In this document: positions 24,403 through 38,644 of the stretch, in pieces
Position numbering within the stretch: position 1 is the stretch's first letter
How the letters are laid out: each line of letters starts with the position of its first letter
From: Squalus acanthias
Taxonomy: Eukaryota
Direction of reading: 5' to 3'
NCBI GenBank assembly: GCA_030390025.1
Contig: CM059432.1
Coordinates: 29,638,001-29,702,000 of the forward strand
DNA length: 64,000 bases
The notes under the pieces: generated by a model
The model's input: the letters and a program-made list of their open reading frames with translations, nothing else
What the model was told of the DNA's origin: nothing
The model's database searches: none
Position numbers and translations under genes: made by a program

Positions 24403-26171
24403 TGGGTCTTCAAACAGGCATTAGGACACCTATTGCAATATTCAAAGGGCCGAATGCCTGGTTTAGGCTGATGCTAGGGATGTTTCCTATGCTCTTCAGG
24501 CACGGGAGGTTGGGCCTCTAAATTGTACCTCTGTGTGCCCGTTTTTTGCTCAGCTCCCGCTTGCTGTCATATTTGCCTACCAAAATAACAGTGAATGCAC
24601 TGTCAAAGTACTTCATTAGTTGTAAAGCACTTTCAGATGCCTTGAGGATCTAAAAGGCACTATATAAATGCAAGTACGGTACTATCTTTCTTGTTTACAT
24701 AGTATTACACAGAATCTGCAGTACAGACACAGACCATTCGGCCCAACGGATCCATGCTGTTGCTTATACACCACACAAGCCTCCTACCATTGTAATTACC
24801 TCTTACCAACTTGCTCCCGTGCCCCTCTATTCCCTTGTCCCTCGTGTGTGCATCAAGCCTCTCCTTAAATGCATCAATGCTATCTGTTTCCTGTGTCATC
24901 AAATTCTATTTTAGAATCTTGATACCTTGCATCATTCTTGTTGCTGGCTTCTATACCCTCTTGAAAGCATGATGGGGGTTCTGATGGTGGGGTTCGAAAA
25001 CGGGGGGAGGGGGGGTTCCTATCACAGGGGGAGGCAGATGGTGGTCGGGGGAGGTTCCAATCGCGGGGTGGGGGAAGCAAATGGTGGTCGGAGGGAGCAG
25101 GGAGCAGATAGTGGTCGGGTGGATCCGATGTTGGTCGGGGAGCAGATGGTTGTCGGGGGTGGGGTCCGCTGGTGGTTGGGGGGGGTCCGATGCTGGGGGG
25201 GGGAGCAGAGAGGTCGCAGTGGGGGGGCGTTTACTAAGTAACTTGTTGGGCCTGGAGGAAACACTCCTGCTCCTCCAGGCCCACAAGCAGTGCTGTAAAG
25301 ACACTTACATCATGGATTCAGCCCTTCTCGCCTCCTTTCACCTGTCGGGTTTCCCAAGGCCTAGGAAACCCGACCGCTTGTGGTTAGACACTATAAAAAT
25401 AAAGGCACGTAGCCTCATTAAAATATTTAAATGACCAACCTGCCTCCTGCAAGCAGATTGGTTGCCCGTCCCTTGTCCCGCCTCCGTTTAAAAGCAGAAG
25501 TGGGCGGGTTCGAGGCGGGTTGGGTTCCTGTTCCAGATTTTCTGAATTTTAACCTCTGACCCGACCCTAACCCACCCGTTTTTGTGAGTTAAGATTCAGT
25601 TCTATGATCCTATGATAAGGTCCCCGGAAGATGCTCCTTCTTTCCACCTATGTTACTGCCACTTCCTAAGGTCACCTAGGGGAAGGTGATGGCTGGCCCC
25701 TGGAAAATGGCAGTAACAACACTGAGGTTGCCCATGGAGGGAGAGGGTCTTGCAGTGGCCTGCTCTCCCTCCGTTCTCTCCCCAGTGACTTACTTGTTGA
25801 AGGCCCTGGTCTTGGCTGAGGCCTTCAGTGAGTCTTTGGCACATTTTTTCCCTTTTAAGGTCCCTCGCCAGACCTTCTGGTGCTGCTGTGGATACTTAAG
25901 AGATATATAATGAGCCCCGAAACAGGAAAAAGGGTCGGGGCTGGGGCAGATATGGAGAGGCAGCAGAAATACCATGCCGCTGGAACTCTTGCCCAAAATG
26001 GCAATCTCCTACAATATCTCCAATATGCTGGCCTCCATCCTTCCACCTGCCCCACACTAAGTCCCGCTTATCTATCATTCCTGTCCTCACTGAACAACAA
26101 TGGCTCCTTGTCCTACAAAGTATTATATTTAAAATCCTCATCCTAGTCTTTAAATCGCTACACGTCCCCAC

Positions 26172-26376
26172 CAATGTTCCTCCTAATTTTTTTTGTGGGT
26201 GCGCGACCCCTTTAAGAGGCTGCATAGAAAAAAAATAGGAGCAGGAGTAGGCCATTCGGCCCTTCGAGCCTGCTCTGCGCGGCCCATTCACAGTAAACTT
26301 AACATTGGAAAAGCCAGCCCAGGCTGTGTGGGACCGGCAGAGAGCTGCGCAGCCGCACAGCTTAGAGGGAACGTTG
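26172..26376. mobile_element. hAT MITE, CAATGTTCCC family, with nested CR1 tail
   Basis: TIRs CAATGTTCC / GGAACGTTG; 8-bp flanks GTCCCCAC / GTCTTCAC. Confidence 0.7.
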
Positions 26377-26825
26377 GTCTTCACACCATCCTATTATTGC
26401 CTTACATCCCATCTCATATCCTTCAGCCCTCTAACTTTGGCCTTTTGTACCCCTAACTCTGTCACATGATTGGTGACAAAGCCTTCAGAAACCTTGACCT
26501 GACACTTTAAATCCTTCAGCCTCTCCATGTCTATCTCCACCTTCAAAAACCCTTTCAAAAACACTACGGCCGCGATTTTCCCAGTGGAATCGGGTTGACT
26601 TTTCGGCGGCTTCCGGTCCCGCTGCCGGCTTCAGCCGTTCCGAAATTACGATTTTAATTTAACTTGGCTTATTAAGCCCGCCGTGCGCGCTACCCGGCCC
26701 AATCAGTGGGTTCGGATGTGCTGCTCACCTCTGCTGACGTCTTCCATTCATGAGCTTTTAAGGGGCCCATGTGGCCTTTGGATTACATTTCCTTTATGCT
26801 GCTCCTGAAAACGGGTCTTTTGAAC

Positions 26826-28727
26826 ATGACTGCTGCAAAATCTAAGCCTGCTCCTCAATTTGATGATGACTCCCTCCATTCTCTTGTGGAGGGAGTAAGA
26901 GGGAGTGGAGGTTCTGTTCCCTCCCGATGGACGGAGGAAGCCTCCTCAGCACACAAAGGCAGTCTGGCTGCACATTGTTGAGGAGGTAAGCGCAAGGTCG
27001 TTGTGCTCACGCACCTGGGTGCAGTGCCGAAAAAGGTTCAATGATCTGCTACGCTCAGCAAGAGTGAGTATAACATCACACTTACCTTCAATCTGCTTTC
27101 CATCTGTTCTCATCACCAGCACTCTGCATTGTCAACCTTCTCCTCCACATCCCAACTTACCCTTACTTCCCTTGCACCCTTACCTATCCCTCTCTCTCTA
27201 TATACAGAATCACTTCACCATCCTACTATGCACCCCTCACACTCGCTCTCACTGTTATGCAATGACTACAACTAACAACACACAGGGAGGCACCTTGGTT
27301 TTGGCACCTCACTCCATCTTTGTCTCCCTTTAAGCTTCTATGTTATGGATTCTTCACACTCACTCCATCAATCTCACTGAAACTCCACTTGTGTCCCTCA
27401 TTACACGAAAAGAGAGCCCACAATAAGAGGGAGAGAGGGAGGACAGGAGGAGGCCCACCATCCCTGGTGATTTTAACAAACGCTGAGGAGGCTGCTCTCG
27501 ATATCGTCAGAAGTGCAGAGGAGCTGGAAGTGGTGGACGGAGAGACGGGCACAGTAGAGCAAGCTGGTGACAGAATAGATTTGCAACCCTCTCATTTCAA
27601 TTTCATGAGCAATTGATATGGCATCTGATGTTCATACAGATTGACTTCTGATCACCTGCACAATAGGATGTGTCTGCTACCTAAATATCACATGTCTAAC
27701 TCATGCCTTTACTCTCCCAAGGACCATCGAGAGCTCCCCTCCCCACTGTCCAGGAGGAAGAGCCGGACGACTCCTCAGAGGAACCTGCAGCCTCTGAGGG
27801 AGCAGCGTCACCAGAAATCAGCGCACCCAGCACCAGCGCAGCAATGCACACCTCGGTGGGTCCTTCGCGATGTAGAGTAGTGTTGTCGCTTGGGGTATCA
27901 CAGCTCACAAGTGAGCATCAGCAGATAGTGGAGACAGGGACAGCAGTGGAGAGTCCTCATCGGAGGTCGCAGGACGCTCCTAGCTCTGCTCTGCAGCAAT
28001 AAGACGCTGTGCCTCTGGGGCCATCCAGAAAGAGAGTGGTGCTGGAACCCCAGAAACAAGTGCAGGAGTCTCTGACAGGGTTTGCAGCCAGGGTAACTGT
28101 GAGTCTGCAGAGAATGGAGGAGTCCATCTCAAACATGAGCAATGCGGTGGTGCACTCAATGGTGCCGCCATGGAAAGGATGGCAACCTCCATGGAGGACA
28201 TAAATCGCCAGACTCAAATGAGCATGGTGACTCTTCTAAATAGATGGTCTGCTATGAAGGATAAATGGGCATCTATTGAGGAGAGGAACCAGTGGTTCAT
28301 GGGCATCCCTGTTATGAGGAATGTCAGTACAGGGACGGGTCCTCATATCCCCACTGATGTGCAGCAAGGTGCTCTCCAGCTACTTGCTAGCAGTGAAGTG
28401 CGGGTGACCCATGAGAGGGATGTTGGTGGTCGACAACAAGGAAGTGTGGGCTCCTCTCCAAGTGCTCACACTACCATGCCTCAGTGGAGCCCTCGGTCAG
28501 AGCCCCAGATTCCTCACCCAACTGAGATTGCCGTCTCAACCCCTGCACAGCTGCAGGAGGAGCAGACTGTTTCAGAGCCCGCCCACGCTCCCAAACCCAG
28601 AGGATGCTCGCTAAAGGCATCTAATTAGGCGCAGCATAGATGTGAGCAAGGTGCCTCTACATCTGCTGAAGCCACCGGCGGAGCACCACGTAGAAGCTCG
28701 TGTAAGAGAAAGTTAACACACAAATAG
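26826..28727 (+). pseudogene. Harbinger Myb/SANT protein pseudogene; exons 26826-27063, 27407-27566, 27722-28727
   Basis: KPAPQFDDDSL..VWLHIVEEV..RTWVQCRKRFNDL | EKRAHNKRERGRTGGGPP | acidic, Ser-rich and coiled region ending in basic RRSSCKRK; frameshifts, stops and one mutated acceptor. Confidence 0.8.
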
Positions 28728-28949
28728 TCACAAGGGTAGTCACTTGGGTGTTTTCATCTGATACAAATATTTTTCATCGTGATTATAAATGTAGTAAAGA
28801 AAAGCGATGGCAAAGATTCAAAGAGTTGGCCTATGTGTGCTCAGAAATGGAAGTTGCACAGTGAGGGGTCAGGGCACCTTTCATCTGTAATGATGGTGGT
28901 GAGAGTGATAGAAAACAACAGTTTATTGTACAGATGCTGTATGGTGTGT

Positions 28950-29260
28950 TAAGAAGGTCGGCAAGACATTCATTTCCATGTGCCAGCCATATGTGGTTGA
29001 TGCGTGAAATTACGCGAATCTGGCATGGATGAGTGCATCCTTGCCTCATGGCCAGCAATGTGCTCGCGTGCTGGTGGAATTGGCACATCCACTCCCGCAA
29101 GGCGTCCTTCATCTGCCGCCTCCTCATCCTCCTCCTCCTCCTCCTCCTCTTCCGAGGAGGCTGTGCGCTGAGCCACTTGTTCCTCAGGCAGCGCTAAGCC
29201 ACGCTGCTGTGCGATGTTGTGCAATTCAGCTAGTTGCTGAACCCGGCACAATCAGCTGGC
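28950..29260 (-). pseudogene. Harbinger transposase C-terminal remnant
   Basis: LHNIAQQRGL followed by an acidic poly-E tail; convergent with the Myb gene as in 47930-51551. Confidence 0.65.
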
Positions 29261-30549
29261 GTGTTTGTCGCACGACGGGCAACACGCTGAAAATGTTGTA
29301 AAATGGGAAGAGCCAGTAAAAAAAGGATTATCTAGGCAGTTAACAAGCTGTTAACTGCCTTAAGTGGCTCTCCCGCCGTTTGGTGTCGGGTCTGATCAGG
29401 ACTCGCAGACCCGACACTTTGCAAAGTTGCGTGGAGGCGGGATAGCGGCGGGTTGCGAACCCGCCATCAATCATTTGGATTTTAACTCCCGACCCCCCTC
29501 CAAACCCGCCCTCTGAGCGCCGGTAAAATCATGGCCATCTTGTTTGACCAAGCTTTCAGTCACCTCTCTTAACTCTTGCACCATGGCTCAGTGCCTTCTC
29601 CTTTATGCCTTTTATCTTTATTTCTTCTCCCTCTCTGTAAAGCACCTTGGGGCATTTTCTATGCTGAAGGCACTGTATAGATGCATGATGTTGCTATTGA
29701 CATCAGACTTGTACTGGAGAATACAAAGCCGGCTGGACTGGAACAGATTGGTCAATTTAAATCTGTCGCTAATTAAAAACATTTCTTAAATGCTTCTTCC
29801 CTGATGCAAAGTCAAAGCAATAATCTAACCGCACAAAGAGAGAGAGGAAAGAAAGAGATCACAACAGTAATATTGACAGTCATTATCTTTAGGTTCACAA
29901 AAGCATTAAAGCAGGTGCATTATTTTACCATTAAAATATTCCATCATACATTCAGAAGAAGGGAAAACAAAGCTCTTAGGCGTTTTTTTGTCTCTCCCTG
30001 GAGTTCTGCACAGATTGAGGACTAATGAATTTTTAACATTTCTAATAGCTGGTTGGAGCAGGAAGCGGCTGCCTTGGGACTGTGCTTCATGTCTTCCTGC
30101 AGTTGAATATCAAATGGATCAAACGGTGGGCTGCTTCACTAACAGCCAGCCTGGGAATTTAACCCAGGAATCAGTACTGTAACAGATTGGAGGGGCTTTC
30201 TCTCTCAGTTGGTTTACACAGGCTGTTTTCATAAACACGCACTGTTTTTTCTTCCATTTTGCTTTCTCCCTCCCACTGGGCTACAGTTCCACAGGATTGG
30301 CTGTGACTTATCTTCCGGCTATCCTACTAAGGTTGGGGAGGGGATTGTGGAAGACTGTGGTCAAGCCAGACCCTGCCCTGACTGGCTGTCCATATACATG
30401 GGCTTTCCAATGGGAATCATAGTACAGCGATCGGAAACAGGAATCCTGGCTGATTTTTTCCTACCCCAGTTATACTGAGAGCAATTGCCGCACCCTCATT
30501 TCATTGACTGAGATCAACTAACTCAGCACTGACCATATGAGCCATATAA

Positions 30550-32480
30550 CAACAGCAACTTGAATTTATATAGCGCCTTTAAGGTAGGAAAATGTCCCAA
30601 GGTGCTTCACAGGAACGTAATCAGACAAAATTGACACCGAGCCAAAGAAGGAGATGTTAGGATAGGTTGGTCAAAGAGGTAAGTATTAAGGAGGATCTTA
30701 AAGGGGGAGGGAGAGATGGAGAGGCAGAGAGCTTTATGCAGGGAATTCCAGAGCTTATTGCCTAAATGGCTGAAGACACAGTGGCCATTGGTGGGATGAA
30801 GGAAGTGGGGGATGCACCAGATTCCAGAGTTGGAGAAACACAGAGTTCTTGGAGGGTTGTAGGGCTGGAAGAGATAAGGAGAAGCGAGGCCATGAAAGGA
30901 TTTGAACACGAGGATGAGAATTGTAAATTGAGGTATTGGTGGACTGGGTGTCAATATAGGTCAGTGAGCACAAGGGTGATGGGCAATGTCCCCCCAAGCT
31001 GCACTGCCTCCTGTGTGGCCTGCCTCCCCCAATGCGCAGCCCATTCAAATTTTTGCACATGCACGGTATCTACAGTGTAAAAGCCGGTGAGCGGTCTGCA
31101 CGGGACCTTGCAGATGACTGCGTGGGCGTGCAGCTTAGTGGCAATATTGGTGATGGGTGAGCAGGATTTGGTGCAGGTTAGGATACAGGCAGCAGAGTTT
31201 TGGATAAGCTCAAGCTTATGGATGGTGGAAGATGGGAGGCCAGCCAGGAGAACATTGGAATAGTCGAGTTTGGAGGTAACCAAAGCATGGATGAGGGTTT
31301 CAGCGGCAGATGGGCTGAGGCAGGGGCGAAGACAGAGATGGATGTAGGTGGTCTTTCTGATGAAATGGGTATGGGTCGGAATATCAGTTCAGGATGAAAT
31401 AGGTGTCCGAAGTTGGAAATAGTCTGGTTCAGACTGAGACAGTGTCGGGGAGGGGATTAGAATTGGAGGAGAGAAAACTGAATTTGTAACAGGGACCGAA
31501 GACAATGGTTTTGTTCTTCCCAACATTTAATTGGAGGAAATTGTGGCTCATCCAGGACTGGATGACAGACAACACAGAGGCATTGGAGGGGTCAAGAGAG
31601 GTAGTGGTGAGGTATGGCTGGGTGAGAAGAGAAGCCGTTGCAGGAGATTCTCTGGCTATGATTGGATAGTTAAGAGTGGAGCCAGGCGAGGGTACTCCCA
31701 CTCAGCTGAACACGAAGGAGTGATGGTGGAAGAGGATGGTGTGGCCAATCGTATCAAAGGAAGCAGAGAGGTCAAGAAGGAGGAGGAGAGATAGTGCACC
31801 ATGGTCACAGTCACAGAGGATGTTACTTGTGACTTTGATTAGGGCCATTTCAGTGCTGTGACAGGGGAAACCTGATTATTAGAGAGGTTCAAACATGAAG
31901 TTGCGACAAAGATGGTCACAGATTTGAGAGGTGTCAACACATTCAAGGACTTTGGAAAGGAAAGGGAGATTGGAGATGGGGTGGTAGTGTGCAAGGACAG
32001 AGGGGTCAAAGGTGAGTTTTTAAAGAGTGGTGATGACAGGAGATTTGAAAGAGAAGTGGAACCATTTACAACATCAGTTAGCATGGAGACTGGGAAGGGA
32101 AGTTGGCTTGTAAGCAGTTTAGAGGGAATAGGGTCAAGAGAGCAGGAGTTGGGTCTCATGGACAAAATGAACGCATGAGGGGAGGTATGAGAGAAACTAT
32201 AGAAAAATGCAAGTCCAGGGCTAGGGCAGGGGGGAACCTTGGCATGGTGGCAAGGGAAAGGGAGGGATGCGGCAGAGGCAGGTGAACAGATGGTTTAAAT
32301 CGTAATAACAAATATGTCCATGAACTTCTCTCACTTGTGGTTGGAGGTGAGAGTGGGAGGGTCAGGGGAAAGAGGTTTAAGGAAATGGTTGTTAGTGAAG
32401 AAAAGTAGCTGGGGTTATCTTTCCATCCCAGGATGATCTCGTCGTTTTGGCAGAGGAAAGCAGGGCCTGCTAGTGCTTGA
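30550..32480 (-). mobile_element. L2 LINE fragment
   Basis: SCSLDPIP, FLQLNVGK, VTSKLDYSNVLLAGLP, IQNSAA, LWNSL motifs; L2-type 3' tail. Confidence 0.85.
30984..31149. mobile_element. hAT MITE nested in the L2
   Basis: CAATGT...ATATTG termini, perfect 8-bp TSD GTGATGGG. Confidence 0.85.
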
Positions 32481-32507
32481 TGTGGTGCAGCGACTTAATA
32501 CACAGTG

Positions 32508-33040
32508 GGACTGGGTGGTGTAGTGAGTTAGTACACTATCCTTTCACACTGTATGACTGGGTGGTGTAGTGAGTTAGTACACTGTCCTTTCACACTGTAT
32601 GACTGGGTAGTGCAGTGAGTTAGTACACTGTCCTTTCACACTTTATGACTGGGTGGTGTAGTGATTTAGTACACTGTCTTTAGTACACTGTCCTTTCACA
32701 CTTTATGACAGGGTGGTGTAGTGAGTTAGTACACTGTCCTTTCACACTGTATGGCTGGGTAGTGCAGTGAGTTAGGGTATGGTGGTGTAGTGCAGTGAGT
32801 TAGGGGATGGTGGTGTAGTGCAGTGAGTTAGGGTATGGTGGTGTAGTGCAGTGAGTTAGGGTATGGTGGTGTAGTGCAGTGAGTTAGGGTATGGTGGTGT
32901 AGTGCGGTGAGTTAGGGGATGGTGGTGTAGTGCAGTGAGTTAGGGTATGGTGGTGTAGTGAGTTAGGGTATGGTGGGGTAGTGCAGTGAGTTAGGGTATG
33001 GTGGGGTAGTGCAGTGAGTTAGGGTATGGTGGTGTAGTGG
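32508..33040. repeat. Compound minisatellite: ~46-bp units then ~28-bp units
   Basis: GACTGGGTGGTGTAGTGAGTTAGTACACTGTCCTTTCACACTGTAT ~5x, then GGTGGTGTAGTGCAGTGAGTTAGGGTAT ~10x. Confidence 0.9.
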
Positions 33041-33062
33041 TTATGTTACTGGACTAGTAATC

Positions 33063-33199
33063 TGTTCTGACGAAAGGTCATCGACCTGAAATGCTAACTC
33101 TATTTCTTTCTCCACAGATGCTGCCTGACCTGCTGAGTATTTCCAGTATTCTCTGTTTTTAGTTCAGATTTCCAACATTCACAGTATTTTGCTATTGTT
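33063..33199 (+). mobile_element. Short Penelope-like 3' repeat insertion starting at the hammerhead motif (33064-33098)
   Basis: GTT-CTGACGA-A-AGGTCATCGACCT-GAAA-TGCT-AAC; flanks CTAGTAATC / CTAGAAATC (TSD-like) inside a SINE head. Confidence 0.8.
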
Positions 33200-33523
33200 C
33201 TAGAAATCCAGAGGCCTGGATTACTAGTCTTAATCTTATTATAATTCAATATAGATTTTTTGTTCAAATAGCTCACTTTACAACATAAGGTTGGCGATAT
33301 GCCAGATTGAGGCAGTGCGACGGAGGTGAAAGGTATTAAAACTCACAGTGACACACAACTATCTCATGATTAGCACAGGATCATTGTGGTATTTACTTAC
33401 CATAAGCCATTGGGAAGTAACTGAACATAATTTGTAAAAAGGTAGTGGAGAGTGAAAAGATGAAGAAATTTCTTACTTTACTTTTGCCCATCCCTCAGAG
33501 GTTCCATCACTGAAGACACTGAC

Positions 33524-35368
33524 GGTAATCCAAAAGTCTTCTATAGGCATATAAATAGTAAATGGGTAGCAAGAGGGGGGGTGGGGCCGATTAGGGACCA
33601 AAAAGATGGCCTACGCATGGAGGCAGAGGGTATGGCTGAGGTACTAAATGAGTACTTTGCATCTGTCTTCACCAAGGAAGAAGATGCTGCCATAGACACA
33701 GTAAAGGAGGAGGTAGAGGAGATACTGGGTGGGATAAGAATTGATAAAGACCAGGTACTAGAAAGGCTGGCTGTACTTAAAGTAGGTAAGTCACCAGGAC
33801 CGGATGGGATGCATCCTAGGATGCTGAGGGAAGTGAAGGAAGAAATCGCGGAGGTACTGGCCATAATCTTCCAATCCTGCTTAGAAACAGGGGTGGGGCC
33901 AGAGGACTGGTGAATTGCAAATGGTACACCCTTGTTCAAAAAAGGGTGTAATGATAAACCCAGCAACTATAAGCCGGTCAGTTTAACCTTGGTAGTGGAG
34001 AAGCTTTTAGAAACAATAATCAGGGTCAAAATTAACAGTCACTTGGACAAGTGTGGATCAATTAAGGAAAGCCAGCATGGATTTGTTAAAGGCAAATCAT
34101 GTTTAACCAACTTGATCGGGTTTTTTGATGAGGTAACAGAGAAGGTTAATGAGGGCAATGCGGTTGACGTGGTGTACATGGATTTCCAAAAGGCGTTCGA
34201 CAAAGTGCCACATAATAGGCTTGCCAGCAAAGTTGAAGCCCATGGAATAAAAGGGACAGTGGCAGCAAGGATACGAAATTGGCTAAGTGACAGGAAACAG
34301 AGAGTAGTGGTGAACGGTTGTTTTTCGGACTGGAGGAAGGTATACAGTGGTGTTCCCCAGGAGTCGGTTCTTGGACCACTGCTTTTCTTGATATATATTA
34401 TTAATGACTTGGATGTGGGTGTACAGGGCACAATTTCAAAATTTGCAAATGACACATGACTTGGTAGTATAGTAAACAGTGAGGAGGAGAGTGATAGACT
34501 TCAGGAAGACATAGAGAGGCTGGTGAAATGGGCGGACACGGGGCAGATGAAATTTAACGCAGAAAAGTATGAAGTGATACATTTTGGTAGAAAGAATGAG
34601 GAGAGAAAATATAAACTGTAGGGTACAATCCTAAAGGGGGTGCATGAACAGAGAGACCTAGGGGTATATGTGCACAAATCGATGAAGGTGGCAGGGCTGG
34701 TTGAGAAAGCAGTTTAAAAAGTATACGGGATCCTGGGCTTCATGAATAGAGGTATAGAGTACAAAAGCGTGGAAATTATGATGAACCTGTATAAAACACT
34801 GGTTCGGCCTCAACTGGAGTATTGTGTTCAATTCTGGGCACCACACTTTAGGAAGGATGTGAAGGCCTTAGAGAAGGTGCAGAATAGATTTACGAGAATG
34901 ATTCCAGGGATGAGGGACTTCAGTTACGTGGATAGACTGGAGAAGCTGGGGATGTTCTCCTGAGAGCAGAGAAGGTTGAGAGGAGATTTGATAGAGGTGT
35001 TCAAAATCATGAGGGCTCTGGACAGAGTAGATAGAGAGAAACTGTTCCCATTAGCAGAAGGGTTGAGAACCAGAGGACACAGATTTAAGGTGATTGGCAA
35101 AAGAACCAAAGGTGACATAAGAAAAAACTTTTTTACTCAGCGAGTGGTTAGGATCTGTAATGCACTGCCTGATAGGGTGGTGGAGGCAGACTCAATCGTG
35201 GCTTTCAAAAGGGAGTTGGATAAGTACCTGAAAGAAAAACATTTGCAGGGCTATGGGGAAAGGGCGGGGGAGTGGGACTAGCTGAGGTGCTCTTGCAGAG
35301 AGCTGGCACGAGCTCGACGGGCCGAATGGCCTTCTTCCGTGTTGTAACCATTCTATGATTCTATGATT
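33524..35368 (+). mobile_element. CR1 LINE, 1.85-kb 5'-truncated copy with RT domain (stops and frameshifts)
   Basis: [56 protein letters not shown]; (ATTCTATG)n tail. Confidence 0.95.
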
Positions 35369-36682
35369 TATTCACTCAGTAGTAATGGACAATTAATATT
35401 CATCTTAAACTCCACTAAAACTTTAATAGACTATCAGTGGTTCGAGCTTCTACAAAAAAATCATAATTAAAGAGGGAATTCACCATCAAGGTTCCTTTGA
35501 AAGAGGAAGTTTCACTACCCAGACTCTTGTAAAGGAGGAGTCACTTCGGCATAGCAAAAGTGAAAAGTAATTCATTGTATGAAGTGTTCTGAGACATTTC
35601 TATATGATTAGTTGCATTGAAAAAGGAATGGAATATGGTTGTGAACAGGACATTGAAGGGATTGAAGTTTTGGATTGCTGTGGCAAAGAGTCAGTACCAA
35701 CACAACTGGTCGAATGGCCTCCTTCTGTCCGCTGAAACCCCACTAACTCATTAACATAGTTCCGCCCCTATGCAAAAGTTGCGCCAGTTCTGAACACATG
35801 TAAATTTACGCCCCAAATTTTAGGCACAGCAGGACGCAAAATCATTACTTCTGGTGTTTTATAGTGATATCGTTTTTTTAATATTTCCCCTTACTGAGAC
35901 TTGCGAGGTATTTTCTATAATCTTTGAATGCTTTTTTAGTGTCAGAATCTGTTACATTAAAAAGAAAAAAGCTTCCACAATTGCATTTTCCTGGTTTCCG
36001 CTAGGTTTTGCTGGTTTTCAGCGCAATTCACCTGAAATCGGCCAAACCTGCGCAAAAGATCGTGGAATTTCAAGCGCAAATGACGTCGAGCACAAACCGA
36101 GTTTCCGCGATCTTTTGCGCTAGTTTTGAAAAATCACGCGAGAAATTGGCCCCGCCAAAACAAAACTAGCAATGCCCCCAGATTGAATTAATCATCGTGG
36201 CAAATTTCTGCTAATTGTGCCCTGTTGCAGGCTTTCGAGGAGGCTCTTAAAATTAAGCTAATTCTTTTGGGTGCAAGGGCACCAATAGGCACGTTTTAAA
36301 AGCTTTAAATTATATTGCTTAGAAATTCGTCTCGGGTGGTGGCGAAACACGGGCAGTATCAGATCGGCCACCCGTTAGACACAGCGCCTGATATTCCGTT
36401 CTATTGCAATCAACGGAGTTGAATATCTGGTGCTGCGTATAACGGGCGGCCGATCCGATGCCGCCCGCTTTGCACCTCTGCCCGAGACGAATTTCTAGCC
36501 CTATCTTTTTTTTAAAATTTACTAAGATCCTGACCACTGTACACCAATATAACTAGTAAATGGTTCTGTACAGTTTTTTAAAGTCATTTTCAGTTATTTA
36601 AAATTGGGTTACTGGCAGGTGATGGACTAGACACTCGGATTAAAAACGCTTATTTTTTGTGAGAAGCCATTTTCAGCTGTAG

Positions 36683-37257
36683 AAACATAGAAACATAGAA
36701 ACATAGAGAAATAGGAGCAGGAGTCGGCCATTCGGCCCTTCGAGCCTGCTCCGCCATTTAATATGATCATGGCTGATCCTCTATCTCAATACCATATTCC
36801 CGCTCTCTCCCCATACTCCTTGATGCCTTTTGTATCTAGAAATCTAGCTATCTCCTTCTTAAATATATTCAGTGACTTGGCCTCCACAGCCTTCTGTGGT
36901 AGAGTATTCCACAGGTTCACCACCCTCTGAGTGAAGACATTTCTCCTCATCTCAGTCCTAAATGTCCTACCCCGTATCCTGAGGCTGTGACCCCTCATTC
37001 TAGACCCTCCAGCCAGGGGAAACATCCTCCCTGCACCCAGTCTGTCTAGCCCTGTCAGAATTTTATATTTTTCAATGAGATCCCCTCTCATTCTTCTAAA
37101 CTCTAGTGAATACAGGTCTAGTCGACCCAATCTCTCTTCATACGACAGTCCTGCCATCCCAGGAATCAGTCTGGTGAACCTTCGCTGCACTCCCTCTATG
37201 GCAAGTATATCCTTTCTTAGGTAAGGAGACCAAAACTGCACACAGTACTCCAGGTGT
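36683..37257 (-). mobile_element. CR1 LINE 3' fragment
   Basis: ORF 36786-37241; (TATGTTTC)n tail. Confidence 0.9.
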
Positions 37258-38644
37258 ATTATTCAAACTGCACCAAGTTACCACACTTAAATATATCAAG
37301 GAATATTTATAAAGCAATTTTTTTAGATTACATTCTAAAACGCTGCCCGATTGCACTGGTTCATGGCAGATTTAACATTCGGTGATATGCAAATGAATTT
37401 GAGTGGAAACTCGAAAGAGAAAAAAACACTTCTTAAAACTAGTGCAATTTTGGGCGCAATTTGCGTCAGGATGCCGATCGCCAATTGCAGCCGAACCAGA
37501 AACTCTACCCTGCTGTGCTTAATGTGCATAACTGATGGCTTGATGACTTCAGACTTTAATTTTAATAGCATTAATAAAATAAAGAGGTAAAGAGGGACTT
37601 ACAGAAGGAAGATGGTGTATGTTCCACGCTTTCCTCGGGTCAAGCTTGCTTATGCTGGTTTCCGCTTGTTTTGCACTGGTTTTTTATGCTTTTTATTAGC
37701 GTAAGCTAATACGATTCTCAGGAAATTTGTGCATAAGTTTCCATCAGCACGAGCGGCAAAAATCTCAGTGTAATTTCTATGTAAGCGCCAATCCAGGAAA
37801 TTCTGAGGCATTGTTTGATATAACCACAAACCGGGGACATTGAGTTAAGCTCAGAATAGAGGAGGTGAACAAACAGTTCAGATTTAATGGGCTCAAATTT
37901 CCTGGGCCTGGAGAGGGTGGAAAGCCTGCTTTACGCCCGTAGGCCCAGAATTTGGGGCATAACCCAGCTGCAACAGATTCCGCCCCGTTTACGATGGCTC
38001 TTTTAATTCCGGTTGGAGCTATAAGTGGATCTTCCGCCTACTCCTCCTGCCCCATCGGGGGCATGTTGGTCAGAAAATCTCAGCCCATTGCACATTTTTA
38101 AAGGCCTCAGTTGAACCCACACCAGCTGTGAAACTGGTGTGAGTCCCTTTGAGGCCTTCTGAGAGACTCTAAACCTTCACTGAAATGAGGAAATTGATCC
38201 CGGAGGAAGCGTGTTTAGAGGCAGAATGGCTCCTTTTGAAGCCGAAGACTGAAAGAAATTAATTTTTTTCTTTGTTCCCGTTGAGGCTCAGGGGACCTCA
38301 GGTCGAGTGGACCTGCCTTACAAGTTCGGATTGGGGAGGCACCAATGTTCTCTTTCATTTTTTTTGGTGCACGGCCCCTTTAAGGGGCTGCGAATCTCAT
38401 ATAAAATATCACGCCTGCGTGGTTTTTCCTATTTAAAAGCCGGTGAGCCGGCTAAATGGAACAGGTGCTGGTGGGCCACCCGAAGCTGGGATTTGGGATG
38501 GAGTAAATGACCCGAGGCTGGGATTTGGATGGAGTCACCGGCCTGGAAATTGAAAAGGCAGGGGTTCCGCTGCAAAGCACTTGTGCTGGTGGGGCGGAAC
38601 TCCGGAAATCTTGGGACCAACCACTTTACAGAGAGGGTGGTGAA

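Larger units (their letters stand above)
26568..29536 (+). mobile_element. Harbinger element with Myb/SANT pseudogene (+) and C-terminal transposase remnant (-), inserted in an L2 3' end
   Basis: 15-bp TIRs GGCCGCGATTTTCCC / GGTAAAATCATGGCC; L2 tail sequence resumes across the insertion. Confidence 0.85.

Noticed and set aside
32760..33040. Interstitial telomere (TTAGGG)
   Set aside because: Single TTAGGG per 28-bp unit, not tandem hexamers
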